A stretch of DNA of 64,000 bases, taken from contig OZ024741.1 in assembly GCA_964016885.1 (NCBI GenBank), forward strand, positions 30,070,001-30,134,000, written 5' to 3'. This document shows positions 38,474 to 51,375 of this stretch, piece by piece (position 1 is the first letter of the stretch; each line of letters begins with the position of its first letter). The stretch is from Eledone cirrhosa. Its lineage: Eukaryota. The notes below the pieces were generated by a model that saw only the letters and a program-made list of their open reading frames with translations, ran no database searches and was not told where the DNA came from. Position numbers and translations under genes: made by a program.

Positions 38474-38670
38474 GTTCTTCTGGTTTTATATTTTATAAAT
38501 TTATGAATTTTATAAATGTTTACCAATAGAGAGAGGGTCGGTTTCTAACATAGATGAAAAACATTTTCACTGAAATTTAAAAAAACATCAACTAGGAAGA
38601 TATGCATGTCGACATGTGTACATGTATGGATGTTATTGTATGTGTGTATGTGTATATTTTGAGTTATATG
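38474..38670 (-). mobile_element. Second 3'-UTR fragment of the same R4/Dong-like family
   Basis: Shares ttaccaatagagagag.gtcggtttctaacatag with 37952-37985 and abuts (ATGT)n. Confidence 0.7.
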
Positions 38671-38924
38671 CGTGGATGCCTGGCTCGACTCGGAGTCATT
38701 AGACTTCATCAGGCTTTGCCTGGAGCACCTCGTCGACGAAGACTTCATCGGCGTCTTTCAGACCTATTGATTCAAATAAAAGACATATTTTTTGTTTTGT
38801 ATCTGAAGTATCATGTCTGGTGAAGAAATCGTTGGTGAAGTCGGGACACTGTCACCGATATGGTGCTTCACCCAATCATCTGTTAAACGTGTTTATATAT
38901 ATGTTTATACATATATATATACAT

Positions 38925-38984
<60 letters not shown>

Positions 38985-39396
38985 ATATATATATGTATGT
39001 ATTAGTATATATATAAACATACATAAAAAGAAATGTGAAAGGGAAAAAGAGAGAGATATAAAGGGAAAGGACCATGAATGTTTAGTGTAACCCACTGTAA
39101 GATAATTGAACAACTTGTTAACTTGATTACAACAGTGGCTTTATATGCCAACAATGAATACACGTCATTCTACTTTAAGTTCATTATACAATTATATGTA
39201 GTTTTAACGCCGAATACTAATTCAAATTTAATTCGGAAATGAGATACTCAACAAAACCAGCCCGATTATATTAAATCCAATGTCACATAGCTTTGTGTTT
39301 ATCTATAAGGCTAATCAGGTATTCTGTACCATACTTGCTTATTTCTTTCTCATGCTCTCTCTCATTTTCTAATCACAAACAACACACACATACATT

Positions 39397-39552
39397 TTAT
39401 AAAAATAGCTTATAAAATAGGGGAAAGACCCTAAATAGACCGTAAATAAGTTGTCCTGGAAGATAGGAGAGTTCAATTCCTCAACTAGCCGATGGCAACA
39501 CCTTTTCCGTATTTTAAAGGTCTTCTCCTTATTTTATGAGCTATTTTTATAA
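39397..39552. repeat. Fold-back with ~35-nt arms enclosing a B-box-like motif
   Basis: ttataaaaatagcttataaaataggggaaagacc / ggtcttctccttattttatgagctatttttataa; gagttcaattcc at 39469-39480. Confidence 0.6.
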
Positions 39553-39571
39553 TATTTCTGCGCTTGAGCAC

Positions 39572-39610
<39 letters not shown>

Positions 39611-39617
<7 letters not shown>

Positions 39618-40221
39618 GAATTGGTGCTCTGAAATACCGATGTATATATGAATGTATATATAGTGTATTTGGTAATACACTGTATGCTTAATTAAAAACA
39701 TTTTGAAGACCTTACGCTATTGTTTTAAAGTAGTAACTATGTCACTTACTTCTTTTTTCAACAAACAAAGGGAGATAAGCTGACAGATCTCTGTTTCATA
39801 CTGTTGGTATTCCTCAGAGATTAGTACTCCCTTTGTTTGTAAGGTCTTCAAAATGCTTTTAATGAAGCATACAGTGTATTACCAAATACACTATATATAC
39901 ATTCATATATACAGCGCTATTTCTCAGAGTACCAATTCTAATTTTCAAGTTTTGCTGAAGCGGCAACCGCTCTGTATAATCAGTTCCTGATTATTACTGG
40001 AATTCTATAAGAATCCAACATTCATAATTGTTACCAAACAAAGGGAGTGCTAAGTTTTGAGGAATACCAACAGTATGAAACAGAGATCTGTAAGCTTATC
40101 TCCCTTTGTTTGTTGAAAATAGAAGTAAGTGACATAGTCACTACTTTAAAACAATAGCGTAAGGTCTTCCAAATGCTTTTAATTAAGCATACAGTGTATT
40201 ACCAAATATACTATATATACA

Positions 40222-40228
<7 letters not shown>
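39611..40228. mobile_element. Non-coding inverted + tandem repeat unit with an HHR-like module (family shared with 41438-41992)
   Basis: 39611-39838 is inverted relative to 39838-39945 and 40035-40228; HHR-like segment at 39952-40018. Confidence 0.75.
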
Positions 40229-40253
<25 letters not shown>

Positions 40254-40256
<3 letters not shown>

Positions 40257-40425
40257 TATTAAAATAACAGATTATAAAGTTTAATCAAAGAATCGCTGCT
40301 TTCATCCTAAACGAAATCTTCTGAAGTTAAAAAAAAGAAAAGAAATCAATTTTTTTAGTTTCAGAAGATCTCGTTTAGGGTGAAAGCAGCGATCGTTGCT
40401 TAAACTTTAATCTGTTATTTTAATA
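40254..40425. ncRNA. Fold-back pair of hammerhead variants (40279-40326 minus; 40358-40405 plus), core CAGAAGA
   Basis: GTTT-CAGAAGA-tCTC-gttta-GGGt-GAAA-GCAGCGATCGTTGC-TT-AAAC. U4 is replaced by A in both copies; long near-palindromic stem III. Confidence 0.65.
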
Positions 40426-40539
40426 AATATTTGCTCTACGGTTTTTATATATTTTTATACATATATTATCCTTATCGGATTCATACATATATTATCCTCT
40501 TCGGATATTAATTTTCTCATTTATTATTATTACTATATA

Positions 40540-41434
40540 CTAGCTGACGTACCCAGCTTCGCCCGGGTAAACAGATGATAAGAGAAGACAGGTAAAAGAG
40601 AAAATGACTGTATTGGATGTTTGTCTGGTTACAGTATGAGGCGAGTCCGTGGTGTCTGTGCGATGAAAAAAACAGTTAAAAAAAATCTTCCAGATATACC
40701 AGATTCTTCGTTGTACCGTTTGTGTATAGTATATGAACAATTCTAGGTGCTCCCACCTAGAATAGTGACCTCTAGGAGATGGTTCATCTTCTGCCTGACT
40801 TTAAAACGTGTATCATTGCATAGACGAGGTTGTTCCACGTTTCTCAAAAGGATGATGGAAGTTCCAATCTTTTATATTTTATGTAGATATAGATAATTAA
40901 TATAAAATATGATGCTCGGCCAGTTCGTCTTCAACCATCGCAGCACGCCGTCGCTGCATGGCTCCAGTGTTTCGTTGGCGTTGTTCAGCCTGCTCCTCTT
41001 CATTCATGGCGGCATGTCTTCGCCTCTGAAGTTCGGCGTTCGGATGGCGCTGTTCGGCTCGTTTTCCTTCATTCCTGGCTGCACGCCGTCGCCGCTGTAG
41101 TTCACTGTTTGATAGAGTCGAATTGCTTTTACATCTGTGGAACGCTGCACGCACGCACACATACATAAACATACGCACACACACATAAACATACGCGCAA
41201 CAACACACACATAAACATACGCGCACGTACATACACACGCACACATGGTAATAGTTACAGCGTTCATTTTGCCTCTCTGTTTCTTACTCTCCCCTCTCAC
41301 TCCCTCATTCGCATTATGCAAATTAATTTAAGTTTGGCGTCGTTGAAGTCGGCAGAGTCGTTTGAAACCTATGAACCAATGATAATCGAGAATTGACACA
41401 CGGAATAATGACATTGTTGAAATTAATATATAGA
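40540..41434 (-). mobile_element. Non-autonomous Helitron (internal deletion derivative)
   Basis: Minus strand A|TCTATATATT ... cccgggcgaagctggg hairpin ... CTAG|T. Remnants of RepHel N-terminal QRRR/EQR repeats (40915-41100), Pif1 motif IILLRNVEQPRLCNDTR (~40800-40858) and C-terminal GTTKNLVY. Confidence 0.88.
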
Positions 41435-41437
41435 TAT

Positions 41438-41992
41438 ACTGCTTTCTTTTCGGCGAAAGAAAGGAGAGAAGCTGACAGGCTGTTTCACGCTGGTTGGCGT
41501 TCATCAGAAAATTATAGAAGCTAGATTCTTATAGAATTTCAGTAATAATAAGGAGCTGATTACACAGAGCGATTGCCAGTCCAGTAAAAATTAGGTATTA
41601 GGACTGGTGCTCTGAAATAGCGTGAAACAGACTGTCAGCTGCTCTCCCTTCTTTCGCCGGAAAGAGGTAGGTGACATAGCCACTACTTTAAAACTGATAG
41701 CGTAAGGTCTTCTAAATGTTTTTAAATAAACATACGGTATATTGCAAAATATACTATACATACATTCATGTATACATCGATATTTTAGAGCACCGATCCT
41801 AATACCTAATCTTTGGTGGAGCGTCAATCGCTCTGTATAATCAGCTCCCGATTATTACTGAAATTCTATAAGAATCCAGCTCCTATAATTTACGGTGAAG
41901 GCAGTGGAGTATGTAGCTCTGATGAACGCCAACCAGCGCGAAACAGACTGTCAGCTGCTCTCCCTTCTTTCGCCGAAAAGAAGTAAGTGACA
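41438..41992. mobile_element. Non-coding inverted/tandem repeat unit with HHR-like modules (41521-41587 minus; 41813-41879 plus)
   Basis: Homologous to 39611-40228 (cgctctgtataatcag.tcc.gattattactg.aattctataagaatc). Confidence 0.75.
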
Positions 41993-42003
41993 TATATATA
42001 TAA

Positions 42004-42073
<70 letters not shown>

Positions 42074-42254
42074 CATGGATGGTTTTGTAATCTGCTTGTA
42101 CCATTGTGGAAATTGCATAGATCAGTGTTTTCCTGGGCTGCAGCAATTTATCAGTCTTAATTACTAGTCCTACATTTAACCAAATTACGATTACATCTGC
42201 ATCGAAATGAAATTATATTCAAACAGATTAAAAAACATTCCTTCCTCGCTTTAT

Positions 42255-42405
42255 CATCTGCGTTCAAATGCCACCGAGGCTAACTTTGCCTTTCATCCTT
42301 AAGGGGTCGATAAAATAAAGTACCAGTCACGCACTGAGGTCGATTGAATCGACTTTACCCTCCCCCAACATTCCCAGACTTGTGCCTACATAAGGACCAT
42401 TATTT
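42255..42405 (+). mobile_element. CORE-type SINE, 5'-truncated
   Basis: gttcaaat...aactttgcctttcatcctt.aggggtcgataaaataaagtaccagt. Confidence 0.8.
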
Positions 42406-42661
42406 GTAACATTTGTGCCCTATTTATTTTGCTCTAGCTTTCGAAGATCTTGTCTTCTATATTTAAGCATTTACGCTGCTTGATGCGAGGGCTACAGCCG
42501 AGTATTCTAAATATACTTTAGGTGACGAAAATCGAGGATATAAAACCATATGATGGGGACCTGTGAACAGAATCGGCTTACCAACATGCGGCAAACCCGT
42601 ATTGTATTTCACACAGGCGATTCTGGTTCATTTTTTGCGTCTGAAGGGTTTATATTATGAA

Positions 42662-42846
42662 TTGTATTGGCAGTATCGGTAGAGGGTTGGACGCCATGCT
42701 TTGCAGCACAGTTACGTCCCTTTACGGACTGAGTTCAAATCCCGCTGATGTTGACTTTGCTTTTCATCCTTAAGGGGTCGATAAAATAAAGTACCAGTAT
42801 TGTACTGGGTAATTGCTGGCCTTGTGCCAAAAGTAGAAACAATTAT
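42662..42846 (+). mobile_element. CORE-type tRNA-derived SINE
   Basis: Homologous to 13868-14057. Confidence 0.85.
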
Positions 42847-42969
42847 GAATTGTATTTAACCATACTATAGTTAATATTCCTCCTAGTAGAATTTGAATCA
42901 AGCAATATTCATAAATTTGCATCTTACAAGACGCTTCTTGAACTTCTAGTTCTCTCTTGTATCTCCCCC

Positions 42970-43014
<45 letters not shown>

Positions 43015-45778
43015 CCTCCCTGAAAGGCACGCACTGCGACTATTCACCAAGCTCGATACTCACCAGAAATGGCTCGTCTTGATTTTTGTTTCCCACTCAC
43101 CAAAATATGGCCATTAATTATTTTAATCGAATTTCTAAAACATATTTCTTTCGTTTTTTTTTTAGATTGTTTTATATTTATTTCTGTGACCCTCTCTCCC
43201 TCTATCTACTCTCCAATCACCATTCACGCTGAATGAATTAAATATTAAAATGTGTGCGCTTAAATTGTAAATTTAATTTATTATATTGTATTTGGTCAAT
43301 GCTGTTTTTTTTTAATAATAACATTTTGTCATACACCTTGTCCGGAATAAGCGCATCATGTCACCATAGAGATATTTTCCCCTGTCAAATTTATATGTTA
43401 TGTCTGCAAAGAATGAAACACTGTCGTTTCCGTTCTTTGTCTGTTGTGGAAAGTAAAGTGAAAGTATGTCATCTTAGATTGGAAACATTTTCATAATAAG
43501 GAAGTAGTGTGATTAAATTATTACATCTGAAAAGCAAAACAAGAACAACAACGACAAATACAACAAAACAAGACATAGAAACCAACGCATGAAAGAAAAT
43601 TATATTGAATTATTCAGAAGAAATAACCCCCCCCCCCCACACACACACACACAAAAAAGAAAGATATCCATAAATTATGTTAGAGTTAACCTATTTAATG
43701 TATGAATTAATTAAACCTTAAATATTGTTGCTTTTTTTTTTACATGCAGGTGAGGTGTTCTATACTTTATTCTCTGAAAACTTATATCGTTCTTCGCCAA
43801 GAAATAGTTAATGCGTGCTCTGGCCGGAATGGTAAGGTTGTTGGATCATCACGTCACGGCTTCTCTCCTCGGATGTTGCTTGGAGTTCTTTTGCTAAACA
43901 CATTATTTTACATTGGCAGACCTGCTAACCAAATGGTGTAAAGGATGAAAAAAAGTGCCACGCAATAGGGAGAAAGGAGGCAAAATGGGGAGATTTTACA
44001 TAATGAAAGCTATACCCATTTTCAAAAGAGAAGTCATCTCTCACCCACCTCAAAATGGGCGGGACATCTCTCCGTTCGACGGCGTCATTTTGAAGCCTAA
44101 AGAATGACGCAATATATTGTATTGTTATTGTCTTGTTATTTAAAGATTACTTAGTGATTCGGGCATAGATCCATGTGAGGTATAGCTAACTCTAGCAGTA
44201 TTTCATTGGTTTGAATTTGTCACATATTATGTCAATTTGATTTGAGATAGGAATTATGTTAGACGCACAGTGGTCTGTGGAAAATGTTTTGTACACTAAT
44301 TCATGGAGCAGGACGTTCAGTTGTTTGAACAATTAAATGATTATTGTGAATATAAACAAATGATCGAATGAAGTCTATACCTTGCTGGGGCCGTCAAGAT
44401 AAAGCTTCCATATATATAGAATAGTTGCCCATGTTTGATTCCCTATTTTCTCTACTTACCTCTTTAACAAATCTACAAGACACATGCTGACACCTAAATA
44501 ATTATTGTTTTCTTTTAATGATTTATTATAACTGCAAATATATATTCTACGTTAACTACTATACGATCTTATTTTGGGAAGGCTATAGAAAGAAAAGCTG
44601 TAGAAACTTTTATTGGTAGGTACTGGATGGACTTTTGTGGCGTCCCCTGTCTCCCAATGTCTGTTCAACATGCTCATTCGAGACGAGCACCTCGCCTTTC
44701 TAAGTTCAAAGACCAACCATCTTGATGAACAGTTACATCCTACACTAAGTGACTCTGATACGGCCAGATTCGATCAATTAGACAAGAAGAAACTCGACAT
44801 AAAAAACCCCGGAGTAATGTTGTCCGTCAGAGACTCTTGACCATATTTGCTTCAACCGGTATGATTCAATGATGGAAGGGAGATTAACAGGTATGTAATC
44901 AGGTAATATGAACTTCAAGATTGATAATACCAGAGGATAAGAAATTAAAATAATGACAAAAACTGGTTGGTCTGTCGTATAAAGAGATTTAAATGTCCTG
45001 TAAGTTTAACGAGAAAAAGACATGTCCTATCCCCCCAACTATAGTATGTGGGAAGCCGTGTATGTTAGACAGTGTCCAGCCACATCCACCCAACAGTGTC
45101 CTCCCATCAATAGAGTTTACAAATGAACATGCTAATGTCTCGATTGCTAAATATAATCTATCGAAGTCTACTGCACGTTAGTATAGTATAGCTTTATCAC
45201 AATAACAGACCGTCCATAACATTATGCAAACAATTCCAACACAAACAAACTTATAAATTAAATAAACAAAAGTAGAGTTTGGCGAGCCACTCATACATCA
45301 TACATCCGGATTACTGAAGTGTACTTTATCACACACACACAAATCAACTTTAAGCTGCAGATATATAAATATACATATTTATTCTCTTCGAGAGACAGTA
45401 AGTGATGTTCACGTTCCAATACACAATATTACACTGAGGAGATATGTAAGTCGATCCGATTACAAATTATAACATGAAATGCCTTACAAAGTAATCAATA
45501 ATATTTATCTGAACAACAAGGGCAGTAAGGTAGCTAGTTATTTTATCATTTCCTAATTTATTCGCTTGTTTACAGTGCATACATCATATATAATTACACC
45601 AATTTACTACCCACAGATTAAATATCTTATATTATATGCACCAATACATTAATATGTGACATTTCCAATATTTTAGTCCAATTTAAACTTTCACAGTTGA
45701 TTACATTAATGGGCCAGCGTTTCAAAATGAGTAGTATTTTATAGATGAAGAATTTGATGCAAGTTTTTAGTAGATCTA

Positions 45779-45932
45779 GGCGATGACTGGGCAGAATCGT
45801 TACAACTTCGGATAAAATGCTTTGCGGTATTCGTTTTGGCTATATGCCCTCTGAGTTCAAATCCCGTCGAGGTCAACTTTACCTTTCAACCATTCAAAAT
45901 CGATAAAAATGTACTAGTCAAGTACTTGGGTA
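45779..45932 (+). mobile_element. CORE-type SINE, older copy
   Basis: ggcagaatcgtta...ctgagttcaaatcccgtcgaggtcaactttacctttca. Confidence 0.75.
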
Positions 45933-47293
45933 GATTCTTTCTCTATATCTCTTTTTCCCTTCTATTCTCTCTTTCTCTCCCCCCCCCTCTCTCTCTCTCT
46001 GTGGAGGAAATCTGCTGTATTCAGACCTGGAGAGGATTAGGCTCCGCCAAGTTTATAATGCCATAGATTCGCCATATGTCATTACGGTGCCACTTCGACT
46101 TCCTCAGGACTTACGGGACTATGCATTTATTTAGGAGATCAAGCAGAAACAGAATGTAGTGAATCTTCAATTAATTCGACTTCAGTAAACTGCTGGAAAT
46201 CAATTTGTATACACTGCAGGAGTGAATGACTAATTGAATCACAGTATGACTTCTTAATTACGCAATTAGAAACCCAAAATAATATTTTAGTTTCAGTTTA
46301 ACAATTTCTGAACTTGATGCGAAAACTTGATAAGAAAAGGGAGATGTTTATACCTTTATCTGTTGCAGTGTAAGGATATAGTTTGTAAGGTTACTTACAT
46401 TAATAATTGCAAACTGCTCACAATTGTCTGGAAGCGCACAGCGAGGCAGAGTGTTGTCGGCAGTTGAAATTAAATAGACCAATCCCACAATACTTTAGTA
46501 GTTCAATGCCGGCTTGGAGTGAAGGACTATCATTTTTGCCATTGGGTAAGAGACTTCGATCGGCATTGCAGTCGAAGTTGTCTGTGATCTAGTTATTGGT
46601 GAAACGAACCATCACAAGTTTCTTCAGATACCATAATTTTCTGAAATATGGTAAAAATAGATAGATTAAACATCCATGCATTGATAATTTGTGGTTGATG
46701 TTGAACAGCTCTGGTCACATCTATTATATAGTTATATACAGGAAGATGTCACATATTTTCGTTTTGACAAAATAATTCGAGGATCAAATTTACACTCTTA
46801 CATTGGTCTATAACATTATAACAACTTATTGTAATTTATTTTTAAAGTGATTGTCACCTTAACGATGTTCTCACATTTTCAATTATTTTCACTTCGTTTT
46901 AATGTTAGTGGGTTTCCTACACATATTTTCTTTGTCCTGTCTCAAAATCTTAGTACACTGAGGGCAACAGAATAATAGTCACCCTGTTTATCCACGCGTG
47001 AGTCGGATGGCTGAATCGATACATTGTCTCTGTGGAATGGTTCAAAGGAGTTTATCAAATATCTTTTCTTCACGAGGTTAAATTTCTTCATGCTTCGATG
47101 CCAATAAAGAAGAACATAATTGTTATATACTAATCAATGTCGCGTCAGTTTGTGACAAGACAATTCTTCTACGAATGGAATAAACATGATTCGAGTTCCA
47201 TTTTAGTTTTCTCGCATTGTATACACACACAGACACGCAGATACATACACATACATATATATATATGAACAGATGTATACACACTCATATATG

Positions 47294-47370
<77 letters not shown>

Positions 47371-47372
47371 CA

Positions 47373-47672
47373 ATGATATTAAATAAATGGAAACTATATT
47401 TATAAAACCATATTTATTCTATTATATATATTTCAAGGGTTCCAAAACTTTGGTACGTTCTCATCAGATAAAATACAAAGTTTGTTTTATAAATATTGAC
47501 ATATCCAGAAAGGAGATCTTAACGGTTCAAGTTTTTCCTGGTACCCTTGAAATATGCATAATAGAATAAATATGGTTTTATAAATATAGTTTCCAGAAAA
47601 CTGTCGAGTGCTTCGAATCAGTTATAAACATATATATTTGTTGAATTACCAACACATTAAATATCCCTTTCG
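47373..47672. mobile_element. Short fold-back repeat with HHR (family shared with 10789-10992)
   Basis: 47388-47440 is inverted at 47543-47595; flanked by (TA)n. Confidence 0.7.
47416..47474 (-). ncRNA. Type-I hammerhead ribozyme motif
   Basis: TTTTAT-CTGATGA-gaacgtaccaaagttttggaaccctt-GAAA-TATATA-TA-ATAGAA-taaa. Core intact, stem II imperfect. Confidence 0.7.
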
Positions 47673-47674
47673 CT

Positions 47675-47716
<42 letters not shown>

Positions 47717-47738
47717 CATATATATATGTATATATATT

Positions 47739-47823
<85 letters not shown>

Positions 47824-47824
47824 G

Positions 47825-47865
<41 letters not shown>

Positions 47866-47986
47866 AAAATTAAGTTAAATTAAATGAATTTAATCCAAAT
47901 CGAATTGTGGGTGTCATGCCTTAACGCCGTGCGCCATATCGCTCGGAAAATAAGCTCAAAGATTTTGTAGGTCCGAGCATTTTATA

Positions 47987-48346
47987 ATAACTAGAAATTG
48001 ATTAACATATATATAAATAAATATAAACATGAATAATTACAGGAGATAATTTTACAAGCGTGTAACCACGCATAGCTAGTAGGTAACAAATAAATAAAGT
48101 TAAATAGAACTTCAAAAATAGGTACCTTTTAATGATTAATCTTCCCTGAATATATTCGATTAAAAAAATATATTTCACCAATTAATCAGATGGTAAGTCA
48201 CAGAACGTGGATATTATTGGATTATCAACAAGGAAGAACAATATTTTTGCTACCTACTAGCTATGCGTGGTTACACGCTTGTAAAAATTATCTCCTGTGA
48301 TTATTCATGTTTATATTTATTTATATATATGTTAATCAATATCTAG

Positions 48347-48350
<4 letters not shown>
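47987..48350. repeat. Fold-back with ~100-nt arms (47987-48090 / 48245-48350)
   Basis: acaagcgtgtaaccacgcatagctagtaggta and its reverse complement; abuts (TA)n. Confidence 0.8.
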
Positions 48351-48436
<86 letters not shown>

Positions 48437-48477
48437 CATATATATATGTATATATATATACACACACACACATATAA

Positions 48478-48508
<31 letters not shown>

Positions 48509-48549
48509 CATATATATATATATGTATATATATATATACACACACGCAC

Positions 48550-48607
<58 letters not shown>

Positions 48608-48904
48608 TATTGCTCTCATTACAGTTCTTAGACTTCAGTGCAACACGAGGTTATTGTTATATATATTCTGTACTTTGAATTTCACATTATTTGGAGTCAA
48701 AATTATTCATATATTTTCTTTATGTTCCTCCTTATCAAACGCACATATCAATAAATATTATCGCAATTAAAAATGAGAGAATTGTGAATCGATAATTGAT
48801 TGAGATCACGGTATCTGTTTCCATCAACTTTCAGCAATATAATAGATGTTTAATTAGTTTAAAATAACTGTTCACACACATATTTATATGCATATATATA
48901 TATG

Positions 48905-48947
<43 letters not shown>

Positions 48948-49043
48948 ATGTGTGTATGTATGTATTAAATATATATATATATATATAGACATATATATAT
49001 AAATATGTATATATATATATATACATATATATATACACAAACG

Positions 49044-49077
<34 letters not shown>

Positions 49078-49082
<5 letters not shown>

Positions 49083-49268
49083 GTTTCTAGTTTTGGCACA
49101 AGGCCAGCAATTACTCAGTGTATTACTGGTACTTTATTTTATCAACCCAATAAGGATGAAAGGCAAAGTTACCCTCGGCGGGATTTGAACTCAGAATGGC
49201 AAAGGCCGTAACTCTATACGTTAAAGCATGGCGTCCGACCCTCTACCGTTACTGCCAATCCACCACCC
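49078..49268 (-). mobile_element. CORE-type tRNA-derived SINE
   Basis: Reverse complement homologous to 57971-58161. Confidence 0.85.
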
Positions 49269-49346
49269 ATATTATATATATATATATATAATATACATAG
49301 AATAGATAATACACGACAGAGAGTGTAGTTTATGACGCCGTTAATT

Positions 49347-49460
<114 letters not shown>

Positions 49461-49623
49461 TGTGTGTGTGTTTTCTGTCTGTGTCTGTAACCGTGTGTGC
49501 GTTGGCGTTTGTTTGTGTGTATGTGAATATGTGTATTAAATAATTTAAATCTTATCTCTCCATAAAGATAATATTCTTCAACTGAAAATACATTTTTCAC
49601 AAGTCACATTCACTAACATCTAT

Positions 49624-49782
<159 letters not shown>

Positions 49783-50445
49783 TTTTAGTTGTTGATCCTT
49801 CTGTCAAACGACAGTATTCATTGTTCAGAACTTTGGAATATCACAAGACACATTCAGCGGACCAGCATATACTTGGGTTTTAGCGCAATCTTTTTCATAT
49901 CGTCACATAACTACGGAACAGATATCGCAAAAAAATAAGTAAAATGTTATGCTTTGCCTCGTGATCTTACTTTCTAGGCATTGTTAGAGGCGGCATTTAC
50001 TCCTATAGTCGTATCTACATAACTGGGTTGTGAGAGTTTTCTTGGGGGTTACAGATTTCACATTTTGCTCAATCCTCCCTAATCGTTTATGTCTGTTTGT
50101 CCGCTTATATCACAAATAATCATCATATTTGGCGGTCGTATCGCTATAGGCCAACTGCAACCAGTTCTCTAGCAGAATAGCTCTGAAGCAATCATATATC
50201 ATTTGAGAAACACATAGTATTTTGAACACATACATAAAGCAAATAATATTCTGGAAAATGTACGGAATTTTGGGTGGAAAATTTCATTTCTTCCCTACAG
50301 TGCTGTTTCACAGTTTGAAACACCGAAGCGATCAACCGATCAATGTAATCAACTATCGATTACCAACTATCGATTTTGGTCAACGAACGAAAGACAAGGA
50401 TCTAATACCCACAATATATGTCCCACGCTGTATTATATATATATA

Positions 50446-50592
50446 GGAAAAGAGTCAAGACCCCGACGGCTGAGCACCGGCCGTTTCGACAGCTAGTTCT
50501 GAACTCTTTTCCTATTACCCACTCTACTACCCATAGTATCGAGTACTCTGGTGCGTTATCGTCCACCTGGTTCTTTACCACACTTCCTTCGT
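50446..50592 (-). mobile_element. Short structured repeat family with an HHR-like 3' half (copy 2 of 3)
   Basis: Homologous to 5053-5173, with a ~25-nt insertion. Confidence 0.7.
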
Positions 50593-51320
50593 GTATATAT
50601 ATATATAAAATAAAATAAATAAGTCAACCTTTTAAAATTTGGCTTTTTTTATTACTGCTATATATATTTCGGTGACAGCCATCTTATTCCTTCTACCATC
50701 TTATCATCTTTTTGTTTATTTATTTGCTTATATTATTTTATTTTATCTTATTTTATTTCATTTTACTCTACTTTACTTTGTTATTTCTTTATTTTATTCT
50801 TATTTTTTAGTATGTTACCTTTTCATTTCATTTTGTTATTTCTTATTTTATTTTCTTCATTTTATTGCCTGTTATTTTTACTGTATCTTATTTCTTCATA
50901 TGCTTGGCACAACCCCCTCACCCGACCACCACCACGAGAAATGGTGGCAGGATAGATGCCAGCACACACACACACACAGATCCTTCTAAAATCAGCAGCA
51001 GCCGGACTTAGGCTGAACCCAGCACCAACACCACTACCAACATAAGGGAAGAGGTGAGATGTACTTACCAATACAAAAACAACCACTACAGATTACCTCG
51101 CCTCAGAAAGAATGTTTATAGACTTTTGACTGAGGAATGTTCTCACAACTGAACAATGGGGGAGAGGATGTCCTTTGACGCTGAAATTCGTTTATTTGAA
51201 TTCATATGATTCCAGTTCCTCATAGAAACAACAACTCAACTAGGAACTGGGCATATCAGTATATTGACGAAGTTAAACACCTCAACAACTTGTGTACTCG
51301 TCTCTACCACACTAATTCGG

Positions 51321-51375
51321 ATTGCCTGAAGAGGTCACAGCCAAAGATGGCTGTCACCGAAATATATATAGCAGT
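51321..51375 (+). ncRNA. Type-I hammerhead ribozyme, canonical core
   Basis: ATTGC-CTGAAGA-GGTcACAGCCA-aaga-TGGCTGTcACC-GAAA-TATATA-TA-GCAGT. Confidence 0.9.

Noticed and set aside
44613-44840. 75-aa ORF as a host protein-coding gene
   Set aside because: Non-ATG start, no recognisable domain, and a stop before the candidate splice donor.
48800-48845. Minus-strand CTGAAAG...GAAA hammerhead
   Set aside because: Core mismatch and no stem II or stem III pairing.
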